Position numbers and translations under genes: made by a program. From an uncultured Christensenella sp. (lineage in GTDB: Bacteria; Bacillota; Clostridia; Christensenellales; Borkfalkiaceae): DNA of 64,000 nucleotides. The stretch lies in NCBI GenBank assembly GCA_910586365.1, contig CAJUGP010000007.1, forward strand, positions 1,157 through 65,156, in the 5' to 3' direction. A model generated the notes under the pieces. That model was not told the origin of the DNA. It did no database searches and saw only the letters and a list, made by a program, of their open reading frames with translations. This document shows positions 27,130-35,520 of this stretch, one piece after another; positions within the stretch are counted from its first letter, which is position 1, and the number at the start of each line of letters is the position of its first letter.

Positions 27130-28656
27130 TTATTCCTTAACGCCTACCTTTCCGACCACGCCGTCGAGTACGTACTCGCCGCTCGCGTTGTTATAGCTGT
27201 ATTGCGTCATGACGTTGATACGGCAGGCTTGCGGTTTACCGTTCAAGCGCAGCGTACAATCGTACGCAAACGTCGGTTCTCCTTGCGTCGCTGCCGAAAT
27301 CTTATCGCGCAGCGCAAGCAACGTTTCTTTTCCCGCGCAAGCGATCAGCTTTTCGTCGTTGACGGGATCGGCGATATTGAGATCGACGCCGAGCGCTTCC
27401 GCCCGCTCGTCCATAAACGTGACGGTCGTCGGGTTGAAATAGATTTCAAAGAGAATTTCGCCCGAAAGCGAGGCGATAAAACGACATTTTTCGCGCTCGT
27501 GCTCCAACAGATCGAGCGTGCGTTTGGAAACGACAAGCTCTTTGTGCGCAATCGCTTCCTGCGTGATACGGCTGATATCGCGCCGCGACATGCTCCCCGC
27601 CGAATTGACGCGCAGCTGCGTGCGGATTTTATCGGATACGCGTTTGAGCACGTCGAGTAAAACGGGGTTGAACACGCCGCATTCGCCGTGCAAAATCATC
27701 TCGACGGCGCGTTCATGCGTGAACGGGGGCTTATATACGCGTTCGCTCGTAAGCGCGTCGTACACGTCGGCAAGCGCGACAACCTGCGCGGAAATGGGAA
27801 TTTCGTCGCCCTCAAGTCCGTCGGGATACCCGCCGCCGTCATAGCGTTCGTGATGCCAGCGGCAAATTTCCTTCGCCACCTTCAAAAGTGGCTCGTTCTG
27901 CTGATCGGGCAGCTTGCACAAAAGATCGTACCCGTAAGCCGAGTGCTTTTTCATGATTTCAAACTCTTCGGGCGTCAGCCGTCCGGGTTTATTCAGAATT
28001 TTATCGTCGATGGCGATTTTGCCGATATCGTGCAGCGCGGACGCCGTCGTGATCAAACGAATATCGTTGGACGACAATTTGTATTTATCGGTACACCGTA
28101 ACAGATCTTGCAAAATGATGTCCGTCATCGTGTGGATATGTAACACGTGCAAGCCGCTTTCGCCGTTTCGGAATTCCACGATATGGCTCAAAACGTTGAT
28201 CATGAGCGACTGTTCTTTTTCTTTTTCGTAAATCTGGTCTTCCACCAACCCCACGAGCTTGCGCTGTTTGGCGTACAGCATAATGGTATTGAGCACCCTG
28301 CGGCGGACGACGGTCGCGTCGAACGGGCGCTGAATAAAATCGGTTGCGCCAAGCTCGTAAGCTCTTACCATATAGGAGTTGGAATTTTCCGACGAGATCA
28401 TGATGACGGGGATATCTTGGATCCATTTGTAACTGTTCATAATGGCAAGCACGTTGAACCCGTCCATCCGCGGCATGACAAGATCGAGCAGCACGAGCGA
28501 AAGCTCCACGCCGTAGCTGCGCATATAGTTGACGGCTTCCACGCCGTCGCACGCCTCGATCGTTTCAAAATCTTCCGCCAATATATCCGCCAAAATCGAG
28601 CGGTTGATCTCCGAATCGTCGACGATCAATATTTTCTGTTTTTCTTTTTTATTCAT
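27130..28656 (-). CDS. Response regulator with HD-GYP domain (c-di-GMP phosphodiesterase type) plus uncharacterised C-terminal domain
   Basis: Start at ATG 28656 (MNKKEKQKILIVDDSEINR). REC domain (LLDLVMPRMDG). HD-GYP motifs ALHDIGK and HHERYDGGGYP. Confidence 0.9.
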   Translation of the reverse strand: MNKKEKQKILIVDDSEINRSILADILAEDFETIEACDGVEAVNYMRSYGVELSLVLLDLVMPRMDGFNVLAIMNSYKWIQDIPVIMISSENSNSYMVRAYELGATDFIQRPFDATVVRRRVLNTIMLYAKQRKLVGLVEDQIYEKEKEQSLMINVLSHIVEFRNGESGLHVLHIHTMTDIILQDLLRCTDKYKLSSNDIRLITTASALHDIGKIAIDDKILNKPGRLTPEEFEIMKKHSAYGYDLLCKLPDQQNEPLLKVAKEICRWHHERYDGGGYPDGLEGDEIPISAQVVALADVYDALTSERVYKPPFTHERAVEMILHGECGVFNPVLLDVLKRVSDKIRTQLRVNSAGSMSRRDISRITQEAIAHKELVVSKRTLDLLEHEREKCRFIASLSGEILFEIYFNPTTVTFMDERAEALGVDLNIADPVNDEKLIACAGKETLLALRDKISAATQGEPTFAYDCTLRLNGKPQACRINVMTQYSYNNASGEYVLDGVVGKVGVKE

Positions 28657-28721
28657 GAAAGTCTCCTGCTTTTGTATATGCAAACGTAATCGCGAAATAA
28701 TCGAATTTACACGCCGTTTTC

Positions 28722-28750
28722 ATTTTATCACACAAATGCAAGAAAATCAA
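28722..28750 (-). promoter_or_regulatory. Candidate promoter TTGATT-17-TGaTAAAAT for the REC-HD-GYP operon
   Basis: Minus-strand TTGATT (28750-28745) and TAAAAT (28727-22) with an upstream TG. Confidence 0.45.
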
Positions 28751-28791
28751 GCCCGACTTTGCGAATATTTTCGGAATTTTTTTCCATAAGA

Positions 28792-28823
28792 CAAAAAAAT
28801 ACACCCGAACGCCGTTCGGGTGT
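28792..28823 (-). terminator. Rho-independent terminator after the LRR surface protein gene
   Basis: Minus strand: ACACCCGAAC-ggcg-TTCGGGTGT followed by ATTTTTTTG. Confidence 0.7.
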
Positions 28824-28837
28824 CGATCCGTCTTTTC

Positions 28838-30337
28838 TTATTTTTTCAGCCGCGTTCTTCCGCCCGAGGCGATAAACTTGTCGATCGCTTCTTCCGAGGA
28901 GATCTCCCTGCGTTTTTTGTATCCCGTGCGCGACCGCACAAGCACGAGCGCGATCGTAAGAACCACGGCAGCCAACCCCGCAACGGAAAGCATAATCAGC
29001 ATGATCTGCGTCGTACGCGCCGCGCCGCCCGTGATCGTCAGCGTCGCAATGCCCGTATTCTTCCAAACGCCGTATTCTTCGCCGAGCGTCACGCTTACAA
29101 GATACGTTCCCGTGTTGACGATTTTCGTCAGCGCGCCCGCGCCGCCTTCCGCGATCGCGGAAAACCGCAGCGCGCCCCGATCGGCATACGAGTCGATCCC
29201 CAACAGCGCGCACATGACTTCGCCGTCCGCAAGCTCGAAGCCCTGTTTCTCGTATCCGTGCGAAACCGTGCGCTTTACCTCGGGCGGCAATACGGTTTTG
29301 TGCGCGTAAAGCTCGATCGTTTCGGGCTTCTCGGCGCTCTTCAACAGCAAATCGAGCGAAGATAACGTTACTTTCTCTCGATACTGCCCGTCGGAATACC
29401 ACGCCGTCGAGGCATAGCTTTCGTGCTGCGCGGGCAGATCGGTTATGCTTGCGTTCTCCGCCCAGCCGTTATAATCTTTGCTGCCGTCATCGTCGATCCG
29501 CTCGCAGGCAAATCCTTTTCCGTATAATCTCTGCTCGGTACGCGGCGCCTGCCCTTCGATACGGAAAATCACGTCGACGAGATAGCTTGTCCGCGCGCCC
29601 GCCACGGCGTTTTCCGATACCGCGCGTTCGTAATCGGCTTTTTCGGAAAAGACGACGGTCAACCCCTCCGCCTCGGAAAAGACGTTTTTCGTTCCCGCCA
29701 ACGCCGAAGAATTGACGTACGCCCATTCGAGCGCCTCGCAGCCGCCGAACGCGCCGCTTGCGACGCTCGCACAGCGCGCGGGCAGCTCCACGTTGGTCAG
29801 CGAAATGCAGTCGTTAAAACAGTTTTCGGCAAGCGTCAGCTCGCTTTCGCCCCCTTCAAAGACCACCGACCCGAGCACCCAGCAACCGCGGAACGCTTCC
29901 GCGCCGATCGCCGTTACCGTTTCGGGAAGGGTAAGAGCGGTAAGCTTGGTATCGGCAAACGCGCGCTCGCCGATCGCCGTAACGCCTGCGGGCAATACCG
30001 CAGTACGCAGCGCCGCCGCGCCCGTAAAGACGTCTGCGCCGACCGCGTAAGATACAAGGGCGCTCTGCCCTTCCTGCACGGGGATTTTATCGGGCGAAGG
30101 TAGCGTTAGATTTTTCGCCGATCCCTCGTAAGAAGTAAGCGTCCAGCTCTCCTCTGCGTAAGTAAACGTAAAACGGTTGTCGCCCTCGGTATAAACGATT
30201 TGATCGGAAGGCTGTTCGGTATTCTCCGCGCAAACGGTCTGCGCGCCGTTACACAGCGCACCGCCGACCGCAGCCGAACCGACTGCCGCCGCCAAAATCG
30301 CCGCCGAAAACAAGAAACGCTTTTTCCCTGCGAACAT
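28838..30337 (-). CDS. BspA-type leucine-rich-repeat surface protein with signal peptide and C-terminal TM anchor
   Basis: Track ORF 28838..30361. ATG 30337 is preferred because GGGAGGA lies 9 nt upstream. LRR_5-like units ...LPAGVTAIGERAFADTKLTALTLPETVTAIGAEAFRGC.... C-terminal helix IMLIMLSVAGLAAVVLTIALVLV plus a basic tail. Confidence 0.7.
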   Translation of the reverse strand: MFAGKKRFLFSAAILAAAVGSAAVGGALCNGAQTVCAENTEQPSDQIVYTEGDNRFTFTYAEESWTLTSYEGSAKNLTLPSPDKIPVQEGQSALVSYAVGADVFTGAAALRTAVLPAGVTAIGERAFADTKLTALTLPETVTAIGAEAFRGCWVLGSVVFEGGESELTLAENCFNDCISLTNVELPARCASVASGAFGGCEALEWAYVNSSALAGTKNVFSEAEGLTVVFSEKADYERAVSENAVAGARTSYLVDVIFRIEGQAPRTEQRLYGKGFACERIDDDGSKDYNGWAENASITDLPAQHESYASTAWYSDGQYREKVTLSSLDLLLKSAEKPETIELYAHKTVLPPEVKRTVSHGYEKQGFELADGEVMCALLGIDSYADRGALRFSAIAEGGAGALTKIVNTGTYLVSVTLGEEYGVWKNTGIATLTITGGAARTTQIMLIMLSVAGLAAVVLTIALVLVRSRTGYKKRREISSEEAIDKFIASGGRTRLKK

Positions 30338-30394
30338 CTTCCCGATCCTCCCTTCGTACATCGCGCGCCGCGCGGCGCGTTAAACGGTAAAAAC

Positions 30395-30640
30395 TCAATC
30401 TAATTTCGCCAGCTCTTCGCGCAGAGCAAAGAGTTTTTCGCGCTCCTGACGAATGAGCGCGGAATAAACGCGGTAGTATTCCCTGTCCACTTCGAGCGGT
30501 TCTTCCTTTTCGAGAATGGCATCCAACAAAGCGGATTGCGAACGCATGCGTTTGAGTTCGAGCATCTCGATTTCCTGCGAACACTCTTCGATCGCTTTTT
30601 TCAATTCACGTTTTTTCGACACGGCGGCTATCCTCTCCAT
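30395..30640 (-). CDS. Small coiled-coil protein, hypothetical
   Basis: 81 aa with host-like codon usage. Has its own near-consensus promoter. Lies 57 nt upstream of the LRR gene. Confidence 0.5.
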   Translation of the reverse strand: MERIAAVSKKRELKKAIEECSQEIEMLELKRMRSQSALLDAILEKEEPLEVDREYYRVYSALIRQEREKLFALREELAKLD

Positions 30641-30653
30641 TTAATTCTTATAG

Positions 30654-30682
30654 ATTATAGCACGAAATAATCGGGTTGGCAA
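30654..30682 (-). promoter_or_regulatory. Promoter TTGCCA-17-TATAAT, 13 nt upstream of the ATG (near-leaderless)
   Basis: Minus-strand TTGCCA (30682-77) and TATAAT (30659-54). No SD before ATG 30640. Confidence 0.55.
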
Positions 30683-30693
30683 GTCTTTTCATA

Positions 30694-30728
30694 CAAGAAA
30701 ACGGCGGACGCCGTTAAGACGTCCGCCG
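30694..30728 (-). terminator. Rho-independent terminator after the MsmK-type ATPase gene
   Basis: Minus strand: CGGCGGACG-loop-CGTCCGCCG followed by TTTTCTTG. Confidence 0.65.
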
Positions 30729-30745
30729 CCGATCGCATTCAGATT

Positions 30746-32482
30746 TTACTTTTTCGGCGTCGTTTTCGTGCTCGTGCTCTTCGACGCGGGTTTCGCCGCA
30801 GGCTTCGCGGCAGGTTTTGCAGCCGTCGTCTTGGGAGCGGTCGTTTTCGCCGTCGTGGACTTCGCAGCCGTCGTTTTGGAAGCGGCGGGCTTTGCCGCAG
30901 ATTTTGCCGCGGGCTTCGCCTTCGGCTCTTCTTTCGGTTCTTCCTTGACTTCTTCTTTGGGCTGTTCTTCGGCTACGGGAGCGGGCGCAGGTTCGGCGGG
31001 TTTTTCCTCAACGGGTTTTTCCTCGACGGGCGCGGGCGTTTCTTTCACGATTGCGGGAATGGGCTGCCCGACAGGAGCAGAAACGGGCTGCTCGACGGGC
31101 GCCGCAGGCGTTTCGTTCACGGGCGCGGGGGCGACGACGGGCGCCGCGGCTCCTGCCGCTTCCGCCTTTTTCTTCGCCATTTTTTCGTCGCGCTTCATTT
31201 GTTTCTTCATCTCTTTCGTGATGACGCGCGCGGCATCGATCTTCTCTTTCATTTCCTGCGGCGTAGGCGGCACGAACGCAGCGCCTTCCGCGTTTTCGGG
31301 AATGACGTCGTAATGCTCGTCGCGTTCGAGCATCGTTGCTTCGGTCACGCCGTCGAAGAGGTGAATGTGCTTCGCGTCGAACGCAAGCTCCACGATTTCG
31401 CCCAATTCCACGGTAGCGCGCGAAGATATTTTCGCGATCATCTGCGCCGCGTTATCGACGATCGAGCCTTTCTCGCTTTCGTAATCGAGGTCGCAGTAGA
31501 TCTGCGTTTCCGCGCCGAGTTTTTCGATAACGTCGATCTTCGCTTTGACGATCGTATCGGGCGAATTGGAGATGAACAGGTCGTCCTCGTGAATATCTTC
31601 GGGACGGACGCCGAGCGTTACGGCTTTGCCCGTATCGAGATAATCGCCGATGTTCTTGATCTTGGCGACGACCGCTTTGGGAAGAAGGATCTTGTTTCCG
31701 CCCACGAAGTTGACGTAAACTTTATTTCCTTCGCCCGTAAGCGTGGCGTTTTTGAAGAAGTTCATTTGCGGCGTGCCGATAAAGCCCGCCACGAAAAGGT
31801 TGATGGGATAATCGTAAAGGTTCTGCGGCGTATCCACCTGCTGCATGAAACCGTCTTTCATAACGACGATACGCGTACCCATCGTCATAGCCTCGATCTG
31901 GTCGTGCGTAACGTAGATGAACGTCGTCGCAAGGCGGACATGCAGCTTGGAAATTTCGGTACGCATCTGCGCGCGCAGCTTTGCGTCGAGATTACTCAAA
32001 GGTTCGTCGAGAAGGAACACCTTGGGTTCGCGCACGATCGTACGTCCGAGCGCAACGCGCTGACGCTGACCGCCCGAAAGAGCCTTGGGCTTACGGGAAA
32101 GATAATCGGTGATGCCGAGGATCTCCGCCGCCGCCTTCACCTTTTCGTCGATGACTTCCTTGGGGACTTTGCGCAGCTTCAAGCCGAACGCCATGTTGTC
32201 GTAAACGGACATGTGGGGATAAAGCGCGTAGTTCTGGAAAACCATGGCGATATCTCTGTCTTTGGGAACGACGTCGTTGACGAGCTTGCCGTCGATATAC
32301 AGTTCGCCCGAAGAAATTTCTTCGAGCCCCGCTATCATGCGCAGCGTAGTCGATTTGCCGCAGCCCGAAGGTCCGACGAATACGATGAATTCCTTATCGC
32401 GGATATCCAAACAGAAATCGAACACCGCCTGGTTGCCGCCGGGGTAAATTTTATTGATACCCTTGAGTAACAGTCCTGACAT
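30746..32482 (-). CDS. MsmK/MalK/UgpC-type sugar ABC transporter ATPase with ~185-aa Pro/Ala/Lys/Glu-rich C-terminal tail
   Basis: 578 aa. Walker A GPSGCGKST, signature LSGGQRQRV, Walker B FLLDEPLSNLD, and a MalK-type regulatory domain. This is followed by ...AAPVVAPAPVNETPAAPVEQP...KEEPKAKPAAKSAAKPAASKTTAAK...TPKK. Confidence 0.9.
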   Translation of the reverse strand: MSGLLLKGINKIYPGGNQAVFDFCLDIRDKEFIVFVGPSGCGKSTTLRMIAGLEEISSGELYIDGKLVNDVVPKDRDIAMVFQNYALYPHMSVYDNMAFGLKLRKVPKEVIDEKVKAAAEILGITDYLSRKPKALSGGQRQRVALGRTIVREPKVFLLDEPLSNLDAKLRAQMRTEISKLHVRLATTFIYVTHDQIEAMTMGTRIVVMKDGFMQQVDTPQNLYDYPINLFVAGFIGTPQMNFFKNATLTGEGNKVYVNFVGGNKILLPKAVVAKIKNIGDYLDTGKAVTLGVRPEDIHEDDLFISNSPDTIVKAKIDVIEKLGAETQIYCDLDYESEKGSIVDNAAQMIAKISSRATVELGEIVELAFDAKHIHLFDGVTEATMLERDEHYDVIPENAEGAAFVPPTPQEMKEKIDAARVITKEMKKQMKRDEKMAKKKAEAAGAAAPVVAPAPVNETPAAPVEQPVSAPVGQPIPAIVKETPAPVEEKPVEEKPAEPAPAPVAEEQPKEEVKEEPKEEPKAKPAAKSAAKPAASKTTAAKSTTAKTTAPKTTAAKPAAKPAAKPASKSTSTKTTPKK

Positions 32483-32622
32483 AAAAAGGTGCCTCCCTTA
32501 ACATTTATAATTTTATCGTATCTATTTTACAATATTCACTGCGTTTTTACAATAGTAAATTATGCTAAAAATGCGATATGAATTTGTAACGATTGCACAA
32601 ATTTCCGCTTTCGCGCGAACGG

Positions 32623-32666
32623 GCAAAACGCAAAAGCTCCCGGACAAACATTCCGAGAGCTTTTTT
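32623..32666 (-). terminator. Hairpin terminator downstream of the XRE-membrane gene
   Basis: AAAAGCTCCCGG-loop-CCGAGAGCTTTT (11 of 12 bp), T-rich on both sides. Confidence 0.5.
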
Positions 32667-32667
32667 C

Positions 32668-33648
32668 TCATTTCTTTTTACCGCCGACCGCGCCCGCGAT
32701 CGTGCTGACGATCGCGCAGACGATTCCGCCGACGGGGAACGCCACCCAAGCGGGATGCCACGCGTTCCATATAAATCCCAACAGGAGAAACAGGGCGGTC
32801 GCCGTCAGCATGATCGCGCCGTTGATTGCGCCCGCCAAGCGCTTTTCGCCGCCTTCATTGCGTTCGCGCTCGGTTTGCTTGTTATACGATACAATATCGT
32901 ATTTCGCAAACTGAATCCCGAAATACACCAATCCGCCCACAAGGAAGGAAAGCACGGCGAGGAAACACGCGACGGTATAACACGAAACTTCGTCTTCCCG
33001 ATTCGGGCTTACCGCGATGATCCCCTCTTCCAACAGCGCGGAAACGACGACGAGCGCCGCAACCGCAAGCAAGATCCCCGAAACAAGGCACGCCGTCGTA
33101 ACCGCAAACTTTTTTGAAAAGGCTTTGCTTTCTTTTTCCGAAAAGGGATTTCCGATTACGGGGTACTCTTTTTGAAAACGGTCGTGCGCCATGCCGTGAA
33201 TGACGAAGAAAAAGACGGCGGCGGCGACGGACAGCATCACCGCCACGGCGCCGAGGACGGCAAACAGCTCTCCGTGCGGACCGTATTTCTCGAAGCCCGA
33301 AAGCAGTAAACACGCCGCCACGCCGAATAAAATCAAGCCGACGCCGATCGCCATGCCGCGCGAAAACTTATCCATATGCGCGGCGTACGCTTTGCCCGCC
33401 GCCTCGTCCGTCTGCGCGGAACAAATCGGTTCTTCCGCGTCCGCTTGCGTCAGATCGCGCCGCATGAGATCGTCGAGCGACACCGCGAACAGCTCGCACA
33501 GCGCAAGCAGCTTTTCGGTTTCGGGGTACGCCTCGTCCGTTTCCCATTTGGAAACCGACTGCCGCGACACGCCCAAACGGTCGGCAAGGTCTTCCTGCGT
33601 GATCTTGTCGCGCTTTCGCAAATACTGTAAATTCCTTGCGAGAAACAT
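32668..33648 (-). CDS. XRE-family HTH regulator fused to a multi-pass membrane domain
   Basis: Start at ATG 33648 (MFLARNLQYLRKRDKITQEDLADRLGVSRQSVSKWETDEAYPE), RBS AAAAAGGAGCATCAAA. About 6 hydrophobic helices follow. Confidence 0.8.
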   Translation of the reverse strand: MFLARNLQYLRKRDKITQEDLADRLGVSRQSVSKWETDEAYPETEKLLALCELFAVSLDDLMRRDLTQADAEEPICSAQTDEAAGKAYAAHMDKFSRGMAIGVGLILFGVAACLLLSGFEKYGPHGELFAVLGAVAVMLSVAAAVFFFVIHGMAHDRFQKEYPVIGNPFSEKESKAFSKKFAVTTACLVSGILLAVAALVVVSALLEEGIIAVSPNREDEVSCYTVACFLAVLSFLVGGLVYFGIQFAKYDIVSYNKQTERERNEGGEKRLAGAINGAIMLTATALFLLLGFIWNAWHPAWVAFPVGGIVCAIVSTIAGAVGGKKK

Positions 33649-33773
33649 TTTGATGCTCCTTTTTGAAAATGTGCTTTCAGTATAACCGCGCGCGTGCCGA
33701 AATTCAACCAATTTTTATTTGCAATCCCGAAAAATTTGCGCAACTTATAGTTGCATTTGCCTAAAAACGCCGC

Positions 33774-35291
33774 TCAGCGCAGCCGCCGCAGTCCGTTTTT
33801 ACCCAACTCGTACACGCTGCCGCACACTTCTTCGAGAAACAAGGGATCGTGCGACACGGCTATGATCGCGCCCCCGAACGCGCGCAGCGCCGAACGCACC
33901 GCGGGCGCGGATAGCGGCGAAAAATTGCGCGTCGGCTCGTCGAGCAGCAGCACGTTCGCCCGCTGCAAAACCATGTTCAGAAAGATCAGCTTTGCCTGCT
34001 GTCCGCCGCTCAGCTCTCCGATTTTCGCGCGCATTTCTTCGGGCGTGAAATTGAGATTGCCGAGCATGGTGAACGCTTTGGTCTGCGTTTCTTTATCGTA
34101 ATGCGCTTGCAGATAATGAGAAGGCGTACGCGAAAAATCGAGCGCGTCGGCGTAATTTTGCGGCATCGACCCGACGCGGACGTCCTGCCGCGCGCGCAAG
34201 CTCTTTTCGATCAAACCAAGCAGCGTCGATTTGCCCGCGCCGTTCCTGCCCGTGATGCCGACGCGTTCGTTCCCCGTAACGGAAAGCACGATGTTTTCGG
34301 CGAGCACGTTGCCGCCCGCTTCGAGCCGCGCGAGCGAAAAACCGAGCACGCGTTTGCCGTGCGGCAGCGTAACCGCAGGATCGAACCGCGCGACGATCTG
34401 CGTCTGCACGTCTGGAATTTCCGTCATGTCCTCGCGCTCCCGTTCGAGCCGATCTGTCTTAGCCGCCGCCGACTGCATGAACCGTTTCGCCCTGCCGTCG
34501 CTCGAAGGAATGCCGTCGGGATTTTTCCAGCTCATATTGTTTTTCGCCTTGTCCGCTTCCCACGCAAGCCGTTCGCGCTTCTTTTTATACTCCGCGCGCT
34601 CCTTCAAAGCGATCTGCGTTTGGCGGTTTAACCCCTCTTCGCGCCGAACGAGGTATTCTTCAAACCCCGTGCGCGATACGGTGATTTTACATTTCGTCTT
34701 TTTGATCAGCTGCTCCACGTGGATCACGCCGTTCGCCGCGCCCTTCAACAGCCTTTCGTCGTGCGAAACGAACAGGACGGGTACGGGGCATGTACGAAGA
34801 AACGAGCATAAATAATCCAGCGTGTGCGCGTCGAGATCGTTGGACGGCTCGTCGAAAAAGAGCGCGTCGGGATCGGCGCACAGCAATTTGAAAAGGCGCG
34901 CCTTCACCCGTTCCCCGCCCGAAACAGAGCGCAGCGTACGCTGCGAAAAGAGCAGTCCGTCGTCAAGCTCCATTTCGCGCAAGATGCCGTAATGCGCATA
35001 AACGTCCTCGTCCGCGAAATACTCGCACAGCGTTTTGTCATATTCTTCTTCGGGCAAAAACTGCGGGAAATAGGCAAACTTGCCTTCTCGTTTGAGCATG
35101 CCCGTATAAGAGGCGTAACGCAAAACGCTCTTTTCGCCGCACAGCACTTTGACGAGCGTCGATTTGCCGTCGCCCTCCTCGCCGATCACGGCGATCTTAT
35201 CGCCCCGTTTGAGCACGAACGTAAAATCTTCGATCAAAACCCTGCCGTCTTTTTGCAGGGTAACGGTTAGTTTGTCCGTTTGTAATAACAT
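33774..35291 (-). CDS. ABC-F family ATPase (two ABC cassettes, no TM domain); possible ribosome-protection type
   Basis: 505 aa. Walker A GEEGDGKST and GRNGAGKST, signatures VSGGERVKA and LSGGQQAKL, and a charged inter-domain linker (KERAEYKKKRERLAWEADKAK). Confidence 0.85.
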   Translation of the reverse strand: MLLQTDKLTVTLQKDGRVLIEDFTFVLKRGDKIAVIGEEGDGKSTLVKVLCGEKSVLRYASYTGMLKREGKFAYFPQFLPEEEYDKTLCEYFADEDVYAHYGILREMELDDGLLFSQRTLRSVSGGERVKARLFKLLCADPDALFFDEPSNDLDAHTLDYLCSFLRTCPVPVLFVSHDERLLKGAANGVIHVEQLIKKTKCKITVSRTGFEEYLVRREEGLNRQTQIALKERAEYKKKRERLAWEADKAKNNMSWKNPDGIPSSDGRAKRFMQSAAAKTDRLEREREDMTEIPDVQTQIVARFDPAVTLPHGKRVLGFSLARLEAGGNVLAENIVLSVTGNERVGITGRNGAGKSTLLGLIEKSLRARQDVRVGSMPQNYADALDFSRTPSHYLQAHYDKETQTKAFTMLGNLNFTPEEMRAKIGELSGGQQAKLIFLNMVLQRANVLLLDEPTRNFSPLSAPAVRSALRAFGGAIIAVSHDPLFLEEVCGSVYELGKNGLRRLR

Positions 35292-35308
35292 ATATTTTCC
35301 TCCGCAAT

Positions 35309-35339
35309 AAAAAAATCCGTTTGCGGTTTTGCAAACGGA
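35309..35339 (-). terminator. Intrinsic terminator inside the 5' leader of the ABC-F gene (attenuator)
   Basis: Minus strand: TCCGTTTGC-aaaacc-GCAAACGGA followed by TTTTTTT. GGAGG-N7-ATG (35291) comes immediately after. Confidence 0.7.
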
Positions 35340-35491
35340 GAATAACGCGAAAGCGTCCCTCAGGGGGAACCTTCCGCGCGATCCGAATATAATCCGTAAG
35401 CAAAATCATCCGCAAAATTAAGAGTGCCGAATGTTCAACTTAAGATTATTTCAGAAACGCAACGGTGTTCACCTCGTATGATTTTTTCAAT

Positions 35492-35520
35492 ATTGTAGCA
35501 CCTGCGGGCGCGTTTGTCAA
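35492..35520 (-). promoter_or_regulatory. Promoter TTGACA-17-TGcTACAAT driving the ~190-nt ABC-F leader
   Basis: Minus-strand TTGACA (35520-15) and TACAAT (35497-92) preceded by TGC. Overlaps the stop of the upstream DUF3737 gene. Confidence 0.6.

Noticed and set aside
28728-29402. 224-aa minus-strand and 181-aa plus-strand ORFs overlapping the 3' part of the LRR gene
   Set aside because: They are alternative-frame or antisense ORFs within a gene that has clear LRR repeats and a TM anchor. Their composition is Arg-rich junk.
35197-35415. 72-aa ORF in the ABC-F leader as a leader peptide
   Set aside because: It has no SD. It reads through the terminator and about 95 nt into the ABC-F coding region in another frame. 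It is far longer than known attenuator leader peptides.
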